The position numbers and the translations under genes are program-made. A stretch of 64,000 nucleotides of DNA from an uncultured delta proteobacterium (GTDB taxonomy: Bacteria > Desulfobacterota > WTBG01 > CAIYCZ01). Positions 27,829 through 38,335 of the stretch are shown here, piece by piece (positions within the stretch are counted from its first letter, which is position 1; every line of letters begins with the position of its first letter). The DNA is taken from contig CAWDOY010000047.1 of NCBI GenBank assembly GCA_963803975.1, positions 112,096 through 176,095 of the forward strand, read 5' to 3'. Under the pieces are notes generated by a model. The model saw only the letters and a list, made by a program, of their open reading frames with translations, had not been told where the DNA came from and searched no databases.

Positions 27829-29213
27829 TTAGTAGAAAAGAATCAGTTCTACAAATCCATAGTTGTTATCCGTATTTCCCTTATAACCCTTGGGATCATC
27901 CAAATACAGGAAGTAGTATTCAAAGAACAGCTTAACCTGCGGATGAATGGTATAGACTATTAACGGCGAGAAACAAGACCGGTCCCAGGCGCGCTTGCGT
28001 TTATGTCCGGATAGCGCTGCTGATCGTACTGGGCCTTTTCGTATTTAACGTAGAAGTCGGTATTAAACTGTTTCAGCTTGTAGCCGGCCATGGCATACCA
28101 CCAGTTGGCCTTCACGTCGGAAACCTGGCCCCAGAAGTACTGGCTCTGGAAGTGGAACGGGCCGCGCTTGTACTCGAGGTCAAACCCGGTTCTCCACTCG
28201 CGGTTATTGGTAGCGGGGTTGCCCAATGGATTACCCGCTGTTCCCGGGTTTCTTCCCATCATGGAATTAAAGGCTGCCATATCAGCGTTGCTGAGGCGCT
28301 GATGGTAGCCGGTGACGCCTGCTTCAAGTCCTTCAATAGGCGCATAGGCAAGACGCATGCTGAGCGCCTTGTTGCTGTTGTCGTCAATGTTCATCTGGTT
28401 CTGTCTCAGATACCTGATGCCGGCCGGGCGGGCGCCGAAGCGCTGGGCTGATGACAGTGACCAGCCGTTGAACACGGCAAAGTTGGCCTTAAACCGGTTC
28501 CACTTGGTCAGATACTGGATACCGGTGATGCGGGACTGGCTGTTGCTCTCGTGGAAGAGACCATAGTCGCTGTATACACGGTCCGGACCGGTGGGGGAGA
28601 TGCCGTACGCAAAGTTTCTGAATTTTCCTACCTGCAGCATGCCTTTTACCGGACCACCGAAATCGTTCAGCAGGCAGAACTCATGCCGGAATTCCGCGAA
28701 CGCGCTTTCAATAAAGGTGGTCGGTCCTGCCCAGTTTTTATAATCACTGAACCCGACACCATCAGGAGCATTGCCGCTCGGATGCCACCATACATGGAAC
28801 TCGCCGGATATATTTTTGGTAATGTCATAGCGCAGGTTGAACGCAATCTCGGTGACGTCAAACGTGGAGGCTTCCTGCTGTCCATCCTGCAGCCTGCTCC
28901 TTACATAGCCGCCCAGTTTCAAGCGGCCGAATTTCTTTGCCAGGTCATCAATCACCTTGTAGCGGCTTGAAACCTCGGCCATCTTGGTTTCCACCTGCTG
29001 CTGGGTGTTTGCTGACTGCTGCTGGGCAACAGCTGCGTCCTCTTTGGTCTTTTTGAGCTGGGACTCCATATCGTCGAGCTTCTGCTGCAGCTCATCCATC
29101 TGCTTTTTCAGCACTGATATCTGGCTCTCGACACTTGCCGCAGATGCATAATACGGAATGCACAAAGGCAAAATAAAGAGCATTGCTGAAATGAGTACTA
29201 TTAATTTTTTCAA
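27829..29213 (-). CDS. Outer-membrane porin with N-terminal coiled coil (DcaP / OprO-P-like). Frameshift ~40 codons from the 3' end.
   Basis: Signal peptide, then a ~70-aa heptad coiled coil (SVLKKQMDELQQKLDDMESQLKK...). Beta-barrel-like alternating aromatic pattern. Terminal ...NNYGFVELILFY is recovered in another frame. Confidence 0.55.
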
Positions 29214-29312
29214 GGTTAACCCTCCTCTAAATAGTTACAATATAAATTGTATATCTTTTTTCCCCACGAACGAACTTATTCTTCGGCAGCCGGTGGCGGA
29301 GTAGCTGACAAC

Positions 29313-29805
29313 TCAATCTTTATCGTGAAAGCTGAAAGGAGGTATTATATCAGTAGGATCCAGGTTGCTGACGCTGGTCACGATCAGCCCAAGGGCTGCG
29401 AAACCGAAATTTGACTTGATGGGGATTTTAGTCACTATGGGCAGCGGGTAGGTATTGCTTGCCAGGATATAGTTCGGTGTCCCGTCAATAGCGTAGTAGA
29501 AGCCGAACAGCATATAGCTGTCTTTATAGGTAAAGCTTTTTGATTTATCCTGCGGCGTAATGGTAACGGTAAAGGTGTCGGAAGCATCGCCCAGCGCGAC
29601 GAGCAGTGTCGTGGCTATGGGCGCCAGCTCCTGGGTGTTGAAAAGGTCATTGACGTAGAAATTGTCCTGCTTGACGCTGGGTGGGCTCATGATAAAAAGC
29701 TTGTCCAGATCCGTCTGGGCGCTGGCAATCGAAGCACATACCGGCAGATTGCCATGAGAACGGTTAGTACAGATAGACAAATGCTCTTTTTTTCAAGTAC
29801 TTCAT
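29313..29805 (-). CDS. Secreted/lipoprotein hypothetical protein. Frameshift in an A7 run.
   Basis: GGGAGGGA RBS. MKYLKKRAF... start. The shift is in gaaaaaaagag. No recognisable domain. Confidence 0.4.
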
Positions 29806-30150
29806 GTCTGTCCCTCCCATTAAATTAAATTGTATTTTGGTTTGTAACCCCTGTCAGAGCTTTTTCAGGCGGGCATAGAACCACCAGCGGTTCTATGGTA
29901 ATTGTTGCCCTGTATAGTATAGGTATATTGATATGTCAAATAAAAAATTATGTTTTTTTAAATAATTTTTAGTCGTAAAAATGCTATGAGATGGTGAACG
30001 GTCTCTATGCTTTTCTGTTTCTTCACTTTTTTACTATCAAAAACTACTCAGTTGTGTTATCCGTAAAACCCCGTGAGCAGCGCCGCAAAAGCACTGCTTG
30101 TAGCCCTGCGGTATGCGCGCCATGATAACTTTTTATAAAAGGAGCAGCCG

Positions 30151-31815
30151 GTGAGTAAAAAATTATTTGTAACAGCTCTACTGCTAAATGCTTTTGTTTT
30201 TATGTGTTGTCATGCGGCATTCGCCAGCGAGTTGCGTATTGCTATCTTCCCGTTTTCCGTCCACACCCAGGATGACATTTCCTATATCCGGGACGGCATA
30301 ACATCGCTGCTGCCCTCACGGATTGCAGTAAGCGGCAGGCTTTCAGTTATTGACAGCTTTCTGATCCGCAGTGAGCTGGGCAAACTTCCGGCAGAGCATC
30401 CGCTCACGGCAGATGTGGCGCTCGGGAAAAAACTGAACGCGGATTATATCCTCATCGGCAGCATCACCAAGATCGGCGCCAATGTGAGCCTGGATACGCG
30501 CCTGGTCAATACTGCCTCTCCTGATGATGTCACACCGTTTTTCATCCAGAGCATCGGCTTAAATGACATGCTTCCCCAGCTCACTTCCTTTGGCGCCCGG
30601 GTTCGGCAGAAAATCCTCGGCGGCGGCCCTGAAACAGATGCCGCTGCGGCGCAGCAAGCGCCGGCGCGGCAAAAACTGCGGGCTCCGGCGATGAACCAGG
30701 CCCCTGACGAAACGCTTGAAGCACCCCTTGAACCTGAATACCAGACCGTGGTGCAGCCGCGGGCGGAAAAAAGGCCCCCGCTGTTTGACGCCGCGCCCTT
30801 TTATACGCTGGATATTGATGGTGAATCACTGAGCTGTATGACCGCGGCAGATGTTGACGGCGACGGCGCGAAGGAACTGCTGCTGTCCGCTGCGCACAGA
30901 ATTATTGTTTATAAATGGGCTGAAGGCGCCCTTAAGCAGAGCGGGGAAATAAAAACCGATATCGGAGAGCACATTGTCCACATAGATACGGCGGATACCA
31001 ACAAAAACGGGCGGGATGAAATTTTCGTCACAAGCTTTGAGAAGAGCGCTCCCAATTCGTTTGTGCTTGAAGCGGCAGAGGCAGGAGCATACTCCCGGCT
31101 CGCAAAGTCCCAGCGCTGGTTTTTCAGGATATACCAGCCTCCGGGAAAACGGCTCATGATAATGGGACAACATGCCGGCGAGACCAGTCCCTTTGGCAAT
31201 GTGATCTACACTTTTTCCTGGAAAAACGGGGTACTGGAAGCGCGCAATGAATTCCTGATTCCGGAGTCCCTGCAGCTTTACAGCTTTCTGCAGGCAGACC
31301 TCGAAGGCGACGGCAGTCTTGAATATATTGCGTTTGACAAGGGGGTGTTCAGCTATCAGTATCAGCTGACCATTTTTTCCGGCCTGGGCAGGATGCGCTG
31401 GCGCGACCAGCACCTTAAACTGGGCGGCGAAGTTAATTATTTTACCAAACGCGTCTACGCGAACGATATTGAACAGAAAGAGTTCCTGCCCATGCGCATC
31501 CTGTGTGATGATTACAACCAGGACGGCAGGCTCGACTTCATCGCCGGCCGCAACTCCAAAAAAGGCAATCTTCTCAGTAAGAGGATGAGCGGCTACAACC
31601 AGGGAGAAGTATGCTGCCTCAACTGGGACGGATATGATCTTGCCCAAAACTGGTCAAGCGGACTGCTGGGCGGTTACGTAACTGATTACGGGGTGTTCGA
31701 TTTTGACGGGGATGGGCAGAAAGAGATTTTTGTTTTATCTGTTTCAGAATCAGGAATTTTGAGCAAGGTAAAAAACCGGCTGTCCGTCTTCAAGCAGGCA
31801 GCAGCAGCGCATTAA
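30151..31815 (+). CDS. Secreted FG-GAP / VCBS-like repeat protein with an N-terminal FlgO/CsgG/TolB-N-like domain
   Basis: GTG start with an AAAAGGAG RBS. Signal peptide. N-terminal domain ELRIAIFPFSVHT...ADYILIGSITKIG. C-terminal DxDGDG calcium-binding-like repeats (DVDGDGAKE, DLEGDGSLE, DYNQDGRLD, DFDGDGQKE). Confidence 0.65.
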   Translation: MSKKLFVTALLLNAFVFMCCHAAFASELRIAIFPFSVHTQDDISYIRDGITSLLPSRIAVSGRLSVIDSFLIRSELGKLPAEHPLTADVALGKKLNADYILIGSITKIGANVSLDTRLVNTASPDDVTPFFIQSIGLNDMLPQLTSFGARVRQKILGGGPETDAAAAQQAPARQKLRAPAMNQAPDETLEAPLEPEYQTVVQPRAEKRPPLFDAAPFYTLDIDGESLSCMTAADVDGDGAKELLLSAAHRIIVYKWAEGALKQSGEIKTDIGEHIVHIDTADTNKNGRDEIFVTSFEKSAPNSFVLEAAEAGAYSRLAKSQRWFFRIYQPPGKRLMIMGQHAGETSPFGNVIYTFSWKNGVLEARNEFLIPESLQLYSFLQADLEGDGSLEYIAFDKGVFSYQYQLTIFSGLGRMRWRDQHLKLGGEVNYFTKRVYANDIEQKEFLPMRILCDDYNQDGRLDFIAGRNSKKGNLLSKRMSGYNQGEVCCLNWDGYDLAQNWSSGLLGGYVTDYGVFDFDGDGQKEIFVLSVSESGILSKVKNRLSVFKQAAAAH

Positions 31816-31895
31816 AAATAATGATAATGCGACTGGATACTACATTGGTAATGCATGAAAGCCCGTGATCTATAATCTTTACTGGAACCTTATCT

Positions 31896-32052
31896 ACTAT
31901 CAGGTTATTGAAAAAGTAGTTTCTCCCAGGCTGGTCAAAAACATCCAGATGCAAGGCGCGCGAAATCAAGAGGAATGAGGCGTACTTTACAGTACGTCGC
32001 AATGACGAAGGATGAGCGCAACGAAGCAGATGGGCGTTTTTCAACAGCCTGT
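31896..32052. repeat. MITE-like element, copy 1 (~157 bp) with terminal inverted repeats. Copy 2 at 38136-38335.
   Basis: ACTATCAGGT...CAGCCTGATAG-type TIRs. Conserved core TTGAAAAAGT..CCCAGGCTGGTCAAAAACAT.CAGATGCAAGGCGCGCGAAATC..GAGGAATGAGGCGTACTT.AC.GTACGTCGCAATGAC...GCAGATGGG.GTTTTTCAACAGCCTG. Confidence 0.7.
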
Positions 32053-32601
32053 TAGGTGCTGGTCAGTACCTGATTCAGTATTCCCTCGGGGAAGCTTAAA
32101 AACCGCGCTTTTTCCACCTCAATTTTAATAATATCCATGGGAGTTCGGATTGCCTTGAGGTTCATCTGCTTCAGGTCCTGCCGCTCCTCCAGATTCATGA
32201 TTCTCCTGGCCTCTTCGTATAACGGACCATCCTGCGGCTTTATAATGACCGCTTTCCCCCATACCTGCAGGCCGGTCACAGACTGAAACCCGGTGTATTC
32301 ACCCACGATGCTCAGTGATACGTTCGGGTTGTCCCTGATATTTTTTACCTTGCCGCCTCCCTCGGTAAGAATATACAGGGTAAGCCCCCGGCTCCGGTAG
32401 CGCACCGGCGTTGAGCGGGGTATATTCTGCGCGCAGGTGGCCAGGGTGCAGATTTTCTGCTCCTGCAGAAAGCTTATTATCCGTTCCTTTAATTCCTCCT
32501 GCGGTAAGCCGTTTGATTTTTCCCTTCAGTAAGGTTACAAAATCATTTTCAAGCTTTTCATTGTAATCGCTTTCCATGTTTTCCAGGCGTTCATCACTCA
32601 T
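32052..32601 (-). CDS. Pyridoxamine 5'-phosphate oxidase-like FMN-binding protein (general stress protein 26 family), frameshifted
   Basis: N-terminal part MSDERLENMESDYNEKLENDFVTLLKGK and C-terminal part VRYRSRGLTLYILTEGGGKVKNIRDNPNVSLSIV... lie in different frames. Confidence 0.55.
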
Positions 32602-32744
32602 GGCTACAATCCATCCTAACCCGGACAAGCCGGAACCAAGGTTAACCGCAAAGATAAAAAAGAACAAAGAAGATTGAATTGGAACTCAGGAACTCACAAA
32701 GGTAAAAACAAATCCTGATTTCTTGAGTTCCAGATGCGGCTCAG

Positions 32745-32999
32745 TTATTCCTGGTACTCCTCAAACTCTGCGTCAGGTTCTGCAAGCCCGTCACCGGAAC
32801 CAAATTCCATGGCCTGCACCATTTCCGGGTATGAGGATTTAATGCCTGCAGGAAAACATTCATCGGTGTCAGTTACCGGCTGATCATCAGCTTCCGGATC
32901 CTGCATAACCGTGTCGATATAATTTTCTGCCCGCTGCAGCATTTCGTGCGAAAGAGCTGCCGTGGCACCGTCAGCATCTTTTCCTTTTGCCACTTGCAT
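32745..32999 (-). CDS. Small acidic hypothetical protein overlapping the 3' end of parA
   Basis: MQVAKGKDADGATAALSHEMLQRAENYIDTVMQDPEADDQPVTDTDE..., ~84 aa. 29-nt out-of-frame overlap with the upstream ATPase gene. Confidence 0.3.
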   Translation of the reverse strand: MQVAKGKDADGATAALSHEMLQRAENYIDTVMQDPEADDQPVTDTDECFPAGIKSSYPEMVQAMEFGSGDGLAEPDAEFEEYQE

Positions 33000-33753
33000 G
33001 CAATACTTCTTCCGCCAGGCGCTCATAGTCACAGTGCCCGTTTGACCGCTTGTCATACATGCCCACCGGCAGGCCGTAATCAACCGTTTCCCGAAGCCTG
33101 ATGTTGTAGCGGACTATGGTATTAAACACATTCTCGCCGAATTCCTCGGTAACCTTTTCCAGAACCCGGCGCGAGTATTTAGTCCTGCTGTCAAACATGG
33201 TGACGAGCGCGCGGGACACAATATCATGACCCAGCTTATCCTTAAGCAGCATTATTATTTCTATCAGCTTGGCCACCCCGCGCAGCGAAAAGAGGCTCAT
33301 ATCAATGGGGATAATGACCTCCTGGCTTACCCGGAGCGCATTAAAGCAGAGCAGCCCGATGCTGGGCGGGCAATCAATAATCAGGAAATCATAGGGGGTT
33401 TTAAGAGCGGCAATCGCCTCCAGCAGCCGGTCTTCCCTGCCGTCCCTGCCGGCCAGCTCCTGCTCAACGGCACTCAGTATGACACTGGACGGTGCCAGGC
33501 TGAAGCGTTCATTTATCGCAACCGCAATGGTATCGATCCCGGCGTTTTCGTCTTTATGCGGGCTCAACACGTCATACATCGTGCCCTCAAGTTCTGACGA
33601 CTTTCTCTTCAGACCCATGGTAGCGTGTGCCTGCGGGTCGCAATCAATCAGCAGCACCCGCTGGTTTCTGAGAGACAGGGAATAAGCGAGGTTGATGGCC
33701 GTTGTGGTCTTGCCGCACCCGCCTTTTTGATTTGCTACAGCAATTATGCGCAT
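32971..33753 (-). CDS. ParA/MinD-family P-loop ATPase (orphan Soj-like)
   Basis: Deviant Walker A KGGCGKTT, DCDPQ, IIDCPP. Confidence 0.8.
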   Translation of the reverse strand: MRIIAVANQKGGCGKTTTAINLAYSLSLRNQRVLLIDCDPQAHATMGLKRKSSELEGTMYDVLSPHKDENAGIDTIAVAINERFSLAPSSVILSAVEQELAGRDGREDRLLEAIAALKTPYDFLIIDCPPSIGLLCFNALRVSQEVIIPIDMSLFSLRGVAKLIEIIMLLKDKLGHDIVSRALVTMFDSRTKYSRRVLEKVTEEFGENVFNTIVRYNIRLRETVDYGLPVGMYDKRSNGHCDYERLAEEVLHASGKRKRC

Positions 33754-34014
33754 GAAAGCTCTCCTTGGTTTTGTTTTAAAATTATCACCACAGAGGTCAC
33801 AAAAAAAATCATTATTACGTATTTAAAAAAGAACACAGAAATCCTCTCTGCATTTTCTGCAATCTCGGCTGTCCTTATTTATTTATATCAAAAGTAAAAT
33901 TTTCGTCAAGGGAAAAATACTATATATAGTGGCCAAAACAAAAAATAACCACTATTTATGGGGCACATCAAGGATAAGGCCAGGAAAGGTGGTTGTAGCA
34001 GCAACGGGAAAAAA

Positions 34015-34782
34015 CTATGAGGAATGGTTTTTATTCTTCAGCACCACTAACATTATAAGAGAGACAACGATAAAAGCTAAAGCCAGCACCTGGGAAACGG
34101 CAAAGGTCTCCAGTATGAGATAGCCGCGGGGGTCTCCGCGAAAATATTCTATAATGAGCCGGGAGAATGAGTAGAAAAAAATCCACAGCAGGGCCAGCTG
34201 GCCGTCAAAGGTTTTTCTGCTGCTCCAGGCCCACAGCAGCAGAAACGTGGCAAGCGAAGCAAACGATGAATAAAGCTGCGTCGGGTGCAGGGCAACGCCG
34301 ATCCGGGCCAGGCTCTGCGGGTCGGTAAAAGTGACTGCCCAGGGATAGCTGCACTCCCGCCCGTAGCAGCAGCCCGCAAAAAAACAGCCGATGCGGCCGA
34401 AAAAATCACCCAGGGCAAGGGCAGGCGCAAACAGGTCAAAGGTCTTCCAGACCGCCATTTGATGGCGCTTCATATATACAACGCCGGCAATAAAGGAGAG
34501 AATAAACCCGCCAAAGAAGGTCAGCCCGCCCTGCCAGACTTTTAAAATATCCAGCGGATTATGCCGGTAGGAATCAAGGTTCGTCAGCACATAAAAAAGC
34601 CGCGCGCCGATGATTGCGGCAAGTATTATGTAAAACGCAAGGTCAAGGATGGGCTGAGGGTCAAGCCCCTGCTGCCGCGCTTCCCTCAGAGCAAAGCCCA
34701 GTCCGGCAAGAAAGCCCATGGCTACAAACAGGCCGTAGGCCTTTATGGAAAAGTAGGGGGTCTCAAAAATGATCGGGTGCAT
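34015..34782 (-). CDS. lgt: Prolipoprotein diacylglyceryl transferase
   Basis: Lgt signature with the conserved Y..HPTQLY motif and G-rich TM segments. Starts 10 nt after the lspA stop. Confidence 0.85.
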   Translation of the reverse strand: MHPIIFETPYFSIKAYGLFVAMGFLAGLGFALREARQQGLDPQPILDLAFYIILAAIIGARLFYVLTNLDSYRHNPLDILKVWQGGLTFFGGFILSFIAGVVYMKRHQMAVWKTFDLFAPALALGDFFGRIGCFFAGCCYGRECSYPWAVTFTDPQSLARIGVALHPTQLYSSFASLATFLLLWAWSSRKTFDGQLALLWIFFYSFSRLIIEYFRGDPRGYLILETFAVSQVLALAFIVVSLIMLVVLKNKNHSS

Positions 34783-34792
34783 TGCTTGAGTT

Positions 34793-35296
34793 TTATCCTG
34801 CAGCGTGACGCTGTTTTTTGTTTTTCGTGTCAAGCAGCATATCAAGGGCAAGCAGGCAGATGCCAATCGTTATGGCAGAGTCTGCAACATTAAAGGCAGG
34901 CCAGTGAAATGAAGAATACCAGTGGAGATCTATGAAGTCAACAACCGCCCCAAAGCGAAACCGGTCAATCAGGTTTCCGGCAGCACCTCCCAGCAGCAGG
35001 GAAAAGCAGAGCAGTTGCAGGCGCGAGCCGTCTTTTATCTGCGAGAGAAAATAGATAATGATAAAGACCGCCACGCCGGAAATCAGAAGCAGCATGGGGA
35101 CCCGGTAGCGGCTTCCAGCCTCGGTTAAAAGGCCGAACGCGATGCCCGGATTCCTGATATGAACGATGTGAAAAAAATTGCGGCTGACTTCTATCTGATG
35201 ATGGAGCGGCAGGGTCCGGCAGATCGCAAGCTTGGTCAGCTGGTCCAGTGCCACGACTGCCACTATGATACTTATGATAAACAGATACTTTTTCAT
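34793..35296 (-). CDS. lspA: Lipoprotein signal peptidase II
   Basis: NPGIAFG, GGAAGNLIDR, FNVADSAI motifs. Overlaps the ileS stop by 4 nt. Confidence 0.85.
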   Translation of the reverse strand: MKKYLFIISIIVAVVALDQLTKLAICRTLPLHHQIEVSRNFFHIVHIRNPGIAFGLLTEAGSRYRVPMLLLISGVAVFIIIYFLSQIKDGSRLQLLCFSLLLGGAAGNLIDRFRFGAVVDFIDLHWYSSFHWPAFNVADSAITIGICLLALDMLLDTKNKKQRHAAG

Positions 35297-38100
35297 CTGC
35301 CGGTCCCGTCAAGTGATGCGAGAACCGCTGCGCACCGCTCGCAGGCTGCAGGGTGTGCTGCGTGCGCGCCAACGCGGGGAGAATATTTCCAGCAGCGACC
35401 GCACTTTTCCCCGGCAGCAGCAGTAATCTCTACCTCGCCATCAGCAACCAGGTTTTCAAAGGAAGCATCGCCGCCGCCTTCTTTTTGTTTGAGGGTGACC
35501 TGGGAAACGATAAAAAGATCGGGGAGTTCCTGCTCGTATTCCTGCAGCCGGAGGTACAGCTTTTCCTGAACACGCAGCGCCACGCATGCCTCAAGGGCAT
35601 TGCCGATCTTTTTTGCGGCGCGCGCCTCCTCCAGACTTTTGAGCACCCGGTCCCGCACCTGCAGCAGAATACTCCAGCGCTCTGCTATCCCACGGTTATT
35701 ATAGTGCTCCGGCAGCACGGAAAAAGACGCAAGATGCACGCTCTCTGCCCTGCCGGCCTGATGCGGAAGATACTTCCAGGCCTCATCAGCAGTAAAGGAG
35801 AGTATCGGCGAGCAGAGCCGCAGCAGGCTTTCAAGCACCATATGGAGCACGGTCTGGGCAGCACGCCGCGACGGGTCAGCGGGGGCTGAGCAGTAGAGGC
35901 GGTCCTTTAAAATATCGAGATACACCGCGCTCATATCATTAATGCAGAAGTTGCTGATGCTGTGGTACACGGTATGAAACTCATATGCCCGGTACGCTTT
36001 AAGCACCCGGGCGGCAAGCGCCTGCAGCTGATGCAGTGCCCACTGGTCAAGCTCCGCAAGGTTTTCATACCGGACGCTGTGCACCGCCGGGTCAAAGTCA
36101 CAGAGATTGCCGAGCAGGAACCGGCAGGTGTTTCTGATTTTTCGATACCCTTCAGAAAGCCGCTTCAGAATGTCGGGCGATATGCGCATGTCCTCACGGT
36201 AGTTTTCCGAGGCTACCCACAGGCGCAGCACTTCTGCGCCATACTGCTTGATGACCTCCTCCGGGGAGATCACGTTTCCTTTGGACTTGGCCATCTTTTC
36301 GCCTTTGCCATCAACCACAAACCCGTGGGTGAGCACCGCGCGATAGGGCGCGCGGCCCCTGGTGCCGACACTTACCAGAAGTGAGCTGTGGAACCAGCCC
36401 CGGTGCTGGTCGCTTCCTTCCAGGTACAGGTCAGCGGGGCTGCCAAGCTGGGGCCTCTTTTCAAGAACCGCTGCATGGCTCACGCCTGAGTCAAACCACA
36501 CGTCAAGGATATCAGTCTCTTTTCTGAACGCACCTGCCCCGCACTGGCCGCACTTCACGCCCGGCGGGAGCAGCTCGGATGCTTCACGGGAAAACCAGAC
36601 GTCACTGCCGTGCTCATCAAAGAGATCTGCCACATGGTTGATGACCGGGACTTCAAGCAGCACCGCGTTGCAGTCGCTGCAGTAAAAGGCCACAATCGGC
36701 ACACCCCAAACCCGCTGCCGTGATATACACCAGTCAGGACGGTTCTCGATCATGCCGTACATGCGCTCCCGCCCCCACGGCGGAATCCAGTCCACCTGCT
36801 GAACGCAGTCAAGCGCCTTTTTCCGCAGGTCATTTTTTTCCATGGATATGAACCACTGCTCGGTGGCGCGAAACACCACCGGGTTTTTGCAGCGCCAGCA
36901 GTGGGGATAGGAGTGGACAATCTCCTCCTCTTTCAGCAGCGCGCCCGCTTCCAGCAGTTTTTTATTAACCGCGGCGTTGGCGTCAAACACAAACTGGCCG
37001 CCGAAAAACTCAACCTCGGGGACAAAGCGGCCGGCATCATCCACCGGCGCGTAAATATCCAGATTATATTTCAGCCCGCTCTCATAGTCTTCCTGTCCGT
37101 GTCCCGGAGCTGTGTGGACACAGCCGGTGCCCGCATCCAGGGTGACATGGGAGCCGAGGATCAGCAGCGACTCCCGCCCGTAGAGCGGATGGCGGCACTT
37201 CATTCCCTCAAGGACGGCTGCGGAAAAAGTTTCTTTAACTGCAAAGTTTTCGATGCCCAGCGTGAGCATGGTCCGCTGCAGCAGGCCCTCGGCAACGATA
37301 AAAACTTCGTCCCCGGCCTGTACGGCAACATAATCAAAGTCCGGGTGCAGGCAAATGGCCAGGTTTGCCGGTATGGTCCATGGCGTTGTCGTCCAGATAA
37401 CGACCGAGACCTTCTCCCCTTTCAGTAACGGCAGCTTGCTGCTGATATCTGAAATGAGCGGAAACTTTACATAGATCGACGGTGAGCGGTGTTCCTGGTA
37501 TTCAACTTCAGCCTCAGCCAGCGCCGTCTGGCAGGACGCGCACCACTGAATGGGCTTCTTCCGTTTATAGACAGAGCCGGCCTGCACAAATTTGCCGAAC
37601 TCCCTGACAATAGTGGCCGAGTAATCCGCGCTCATGGTGAGATACGGGTCAGCCCATTCCCCGAGCACGCCGAGGCGCTTAAATTCCTCGCGCTGTATGC
37701 TCACGAACCGGGCGGCATATTCTCTGCACAGCTTCCGCACTTCCACCTTGGGGATAGAGCCCTTCTTTTTTCCGAGCTCCTTTTCCACCTGCAGCTCGAT
37801 GGGCAGGCCGTGACAGTCCCATCCCGGCACATACCTGGTCTGGTACCCGTCCATGGTCTTTGATTTTATGACAATATCTTTCAGGATTTTATTCAGAGCA
37901 GTGCCGATATGAATATGCCCGTTTGCATAGGGCGGACCGTCATGAAGGATAAATTTTCTGCTGCTGTTATTGAGCGCAATAATTTTTTCATAGAGCCCCG
38001 TTGCTTCCCACTTTTTCAGCATCTCCGGCTCCTTGACTGCAAGGCTTGCCTTCATCGGGAAATCAGTTTTGGGCAGATTTATGGTATCCTTATAATCCAT
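35293..38100 (-). CDS. ileS: Isoleucine--tRNA ligase
   Basis: 935 aa. HIGH-type PYANGHIHIGTALNKI, KMSKS (KMAKSKGN), CP1 editing domain, C-terminal zinc-finger cysteines. Confidence 0.9.
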   Translation of the reverse strand: MDYKDTINLPKTDFPMKASLAVKEPEMLKKWEATGLYEKIIALNNSSRKFILHDGPPYANGHIHIGTALNKILKDIVIKSKTMDGYQTRYVPGWDCHGLPIELQVEKELGKKKGSIPKVEVRKLCREYAARFVSIQREEFKRLGVLGEWADPYLTMSADYSATIVREFGKFVQAGSVYKRKKPIQWCASCQTALAEAEVEYQEHRSPSIYVKFPLISDISSKLPLLKGEKVSVVIWTTTPWTIPANLAICLHPDFDYVAVQAGDEVFIVAEGLLQRTMLTLGIENFAVKETFSAAVLEGMKCRHPLYGRESLLILGSHVTLDAGTGCVHTAPGHGQEDYESGLKYNLDIYAPVDDAGRFVPEVEFFGGQFVFDANAAVNKKLLEAGALLKEEEIVHSYPHCWRCKNPVVFRATEQWFISMEKNDLRKKALDCVQQVDWIPPWGRERMYGMIENRPDWCISRQRVWGVPIVAFYCSDCNAVLLEVPVINHVADLFDEHGSDVWFSREASELLPPGVKCGQCGAGAFRKETDILDVWFDSGVSHAAVLEKRPQLGSPADLYLEGSDQHRGWFHSSLLVSVGTRGRAPYRAVLTHGFVVDGKGEKMAKSKGNVISPEEVIKQYGAEVLRLWVASENYREDMRISPDILKRLSEGYRKIRNTCRFLLGNLCDFDPAVHSVRYENLAELDQWALHQLQALAARVLKAYRAYEFHTVYHSISNFCINDMSAVYLDILKDRLYCSAPADPSRRAAQTVLHMVLESLLRLCSPILSFTADEAWKYLPHQAGRAESVHLASFSVLPEHYNNRGIAERWSILLQVRDRVLKSLEEARAAKKIGNALEACVALRVQEKLYLRLQEYEQELPDLFIVSQVTLKQKEGGGDASFENLVADGEVEITAAAGEKCGRCWKYSPRVGAHAAHPAACERCAAVLASLDGTGR

Positions 38101-38135
38101 TCAATTCTTCCTCCGTAGCAGGATATATCCATGAC

Positions 38136-38335
38136 AGTACTATCAGGTAGTTGAAAAAGTGGTTTTATCCCAGGCTGGTCAAAAACATTCAGATGCAAGG
38201 CGCGCGAAATCTCGAGGAATGAGGCGTACTTCACGGTACGTCGCAATGACACCCCTCTTCATCCCCCCTTGCCAAGGGGGGACACGGGGGGTAGAAGATA
38301 ACGCAGCAGATGGGTGTTTTTCAACAGCCTGATAG
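38136..38335. repeat. MITE-like element, copy 2 (~200 bp), carrying an extra internal hairpin insertion
   Basis: Same TIRs and core as 31896-32052. A ~50-nt insert contains the hairpin cccccttgccaagggggg. Confidence 0.7.

Noticed and set aside
30826-31647. 273-aa minus-strand ORF
   Set aside because: Antisense to the FG-GAP gene, which has a clear RBS, signal peptide and repeat motifs. No motifs of its own.
35353-37863. Several 120-180-aa plus-strand ORFs
   Set aside because: Antisense to ileS.
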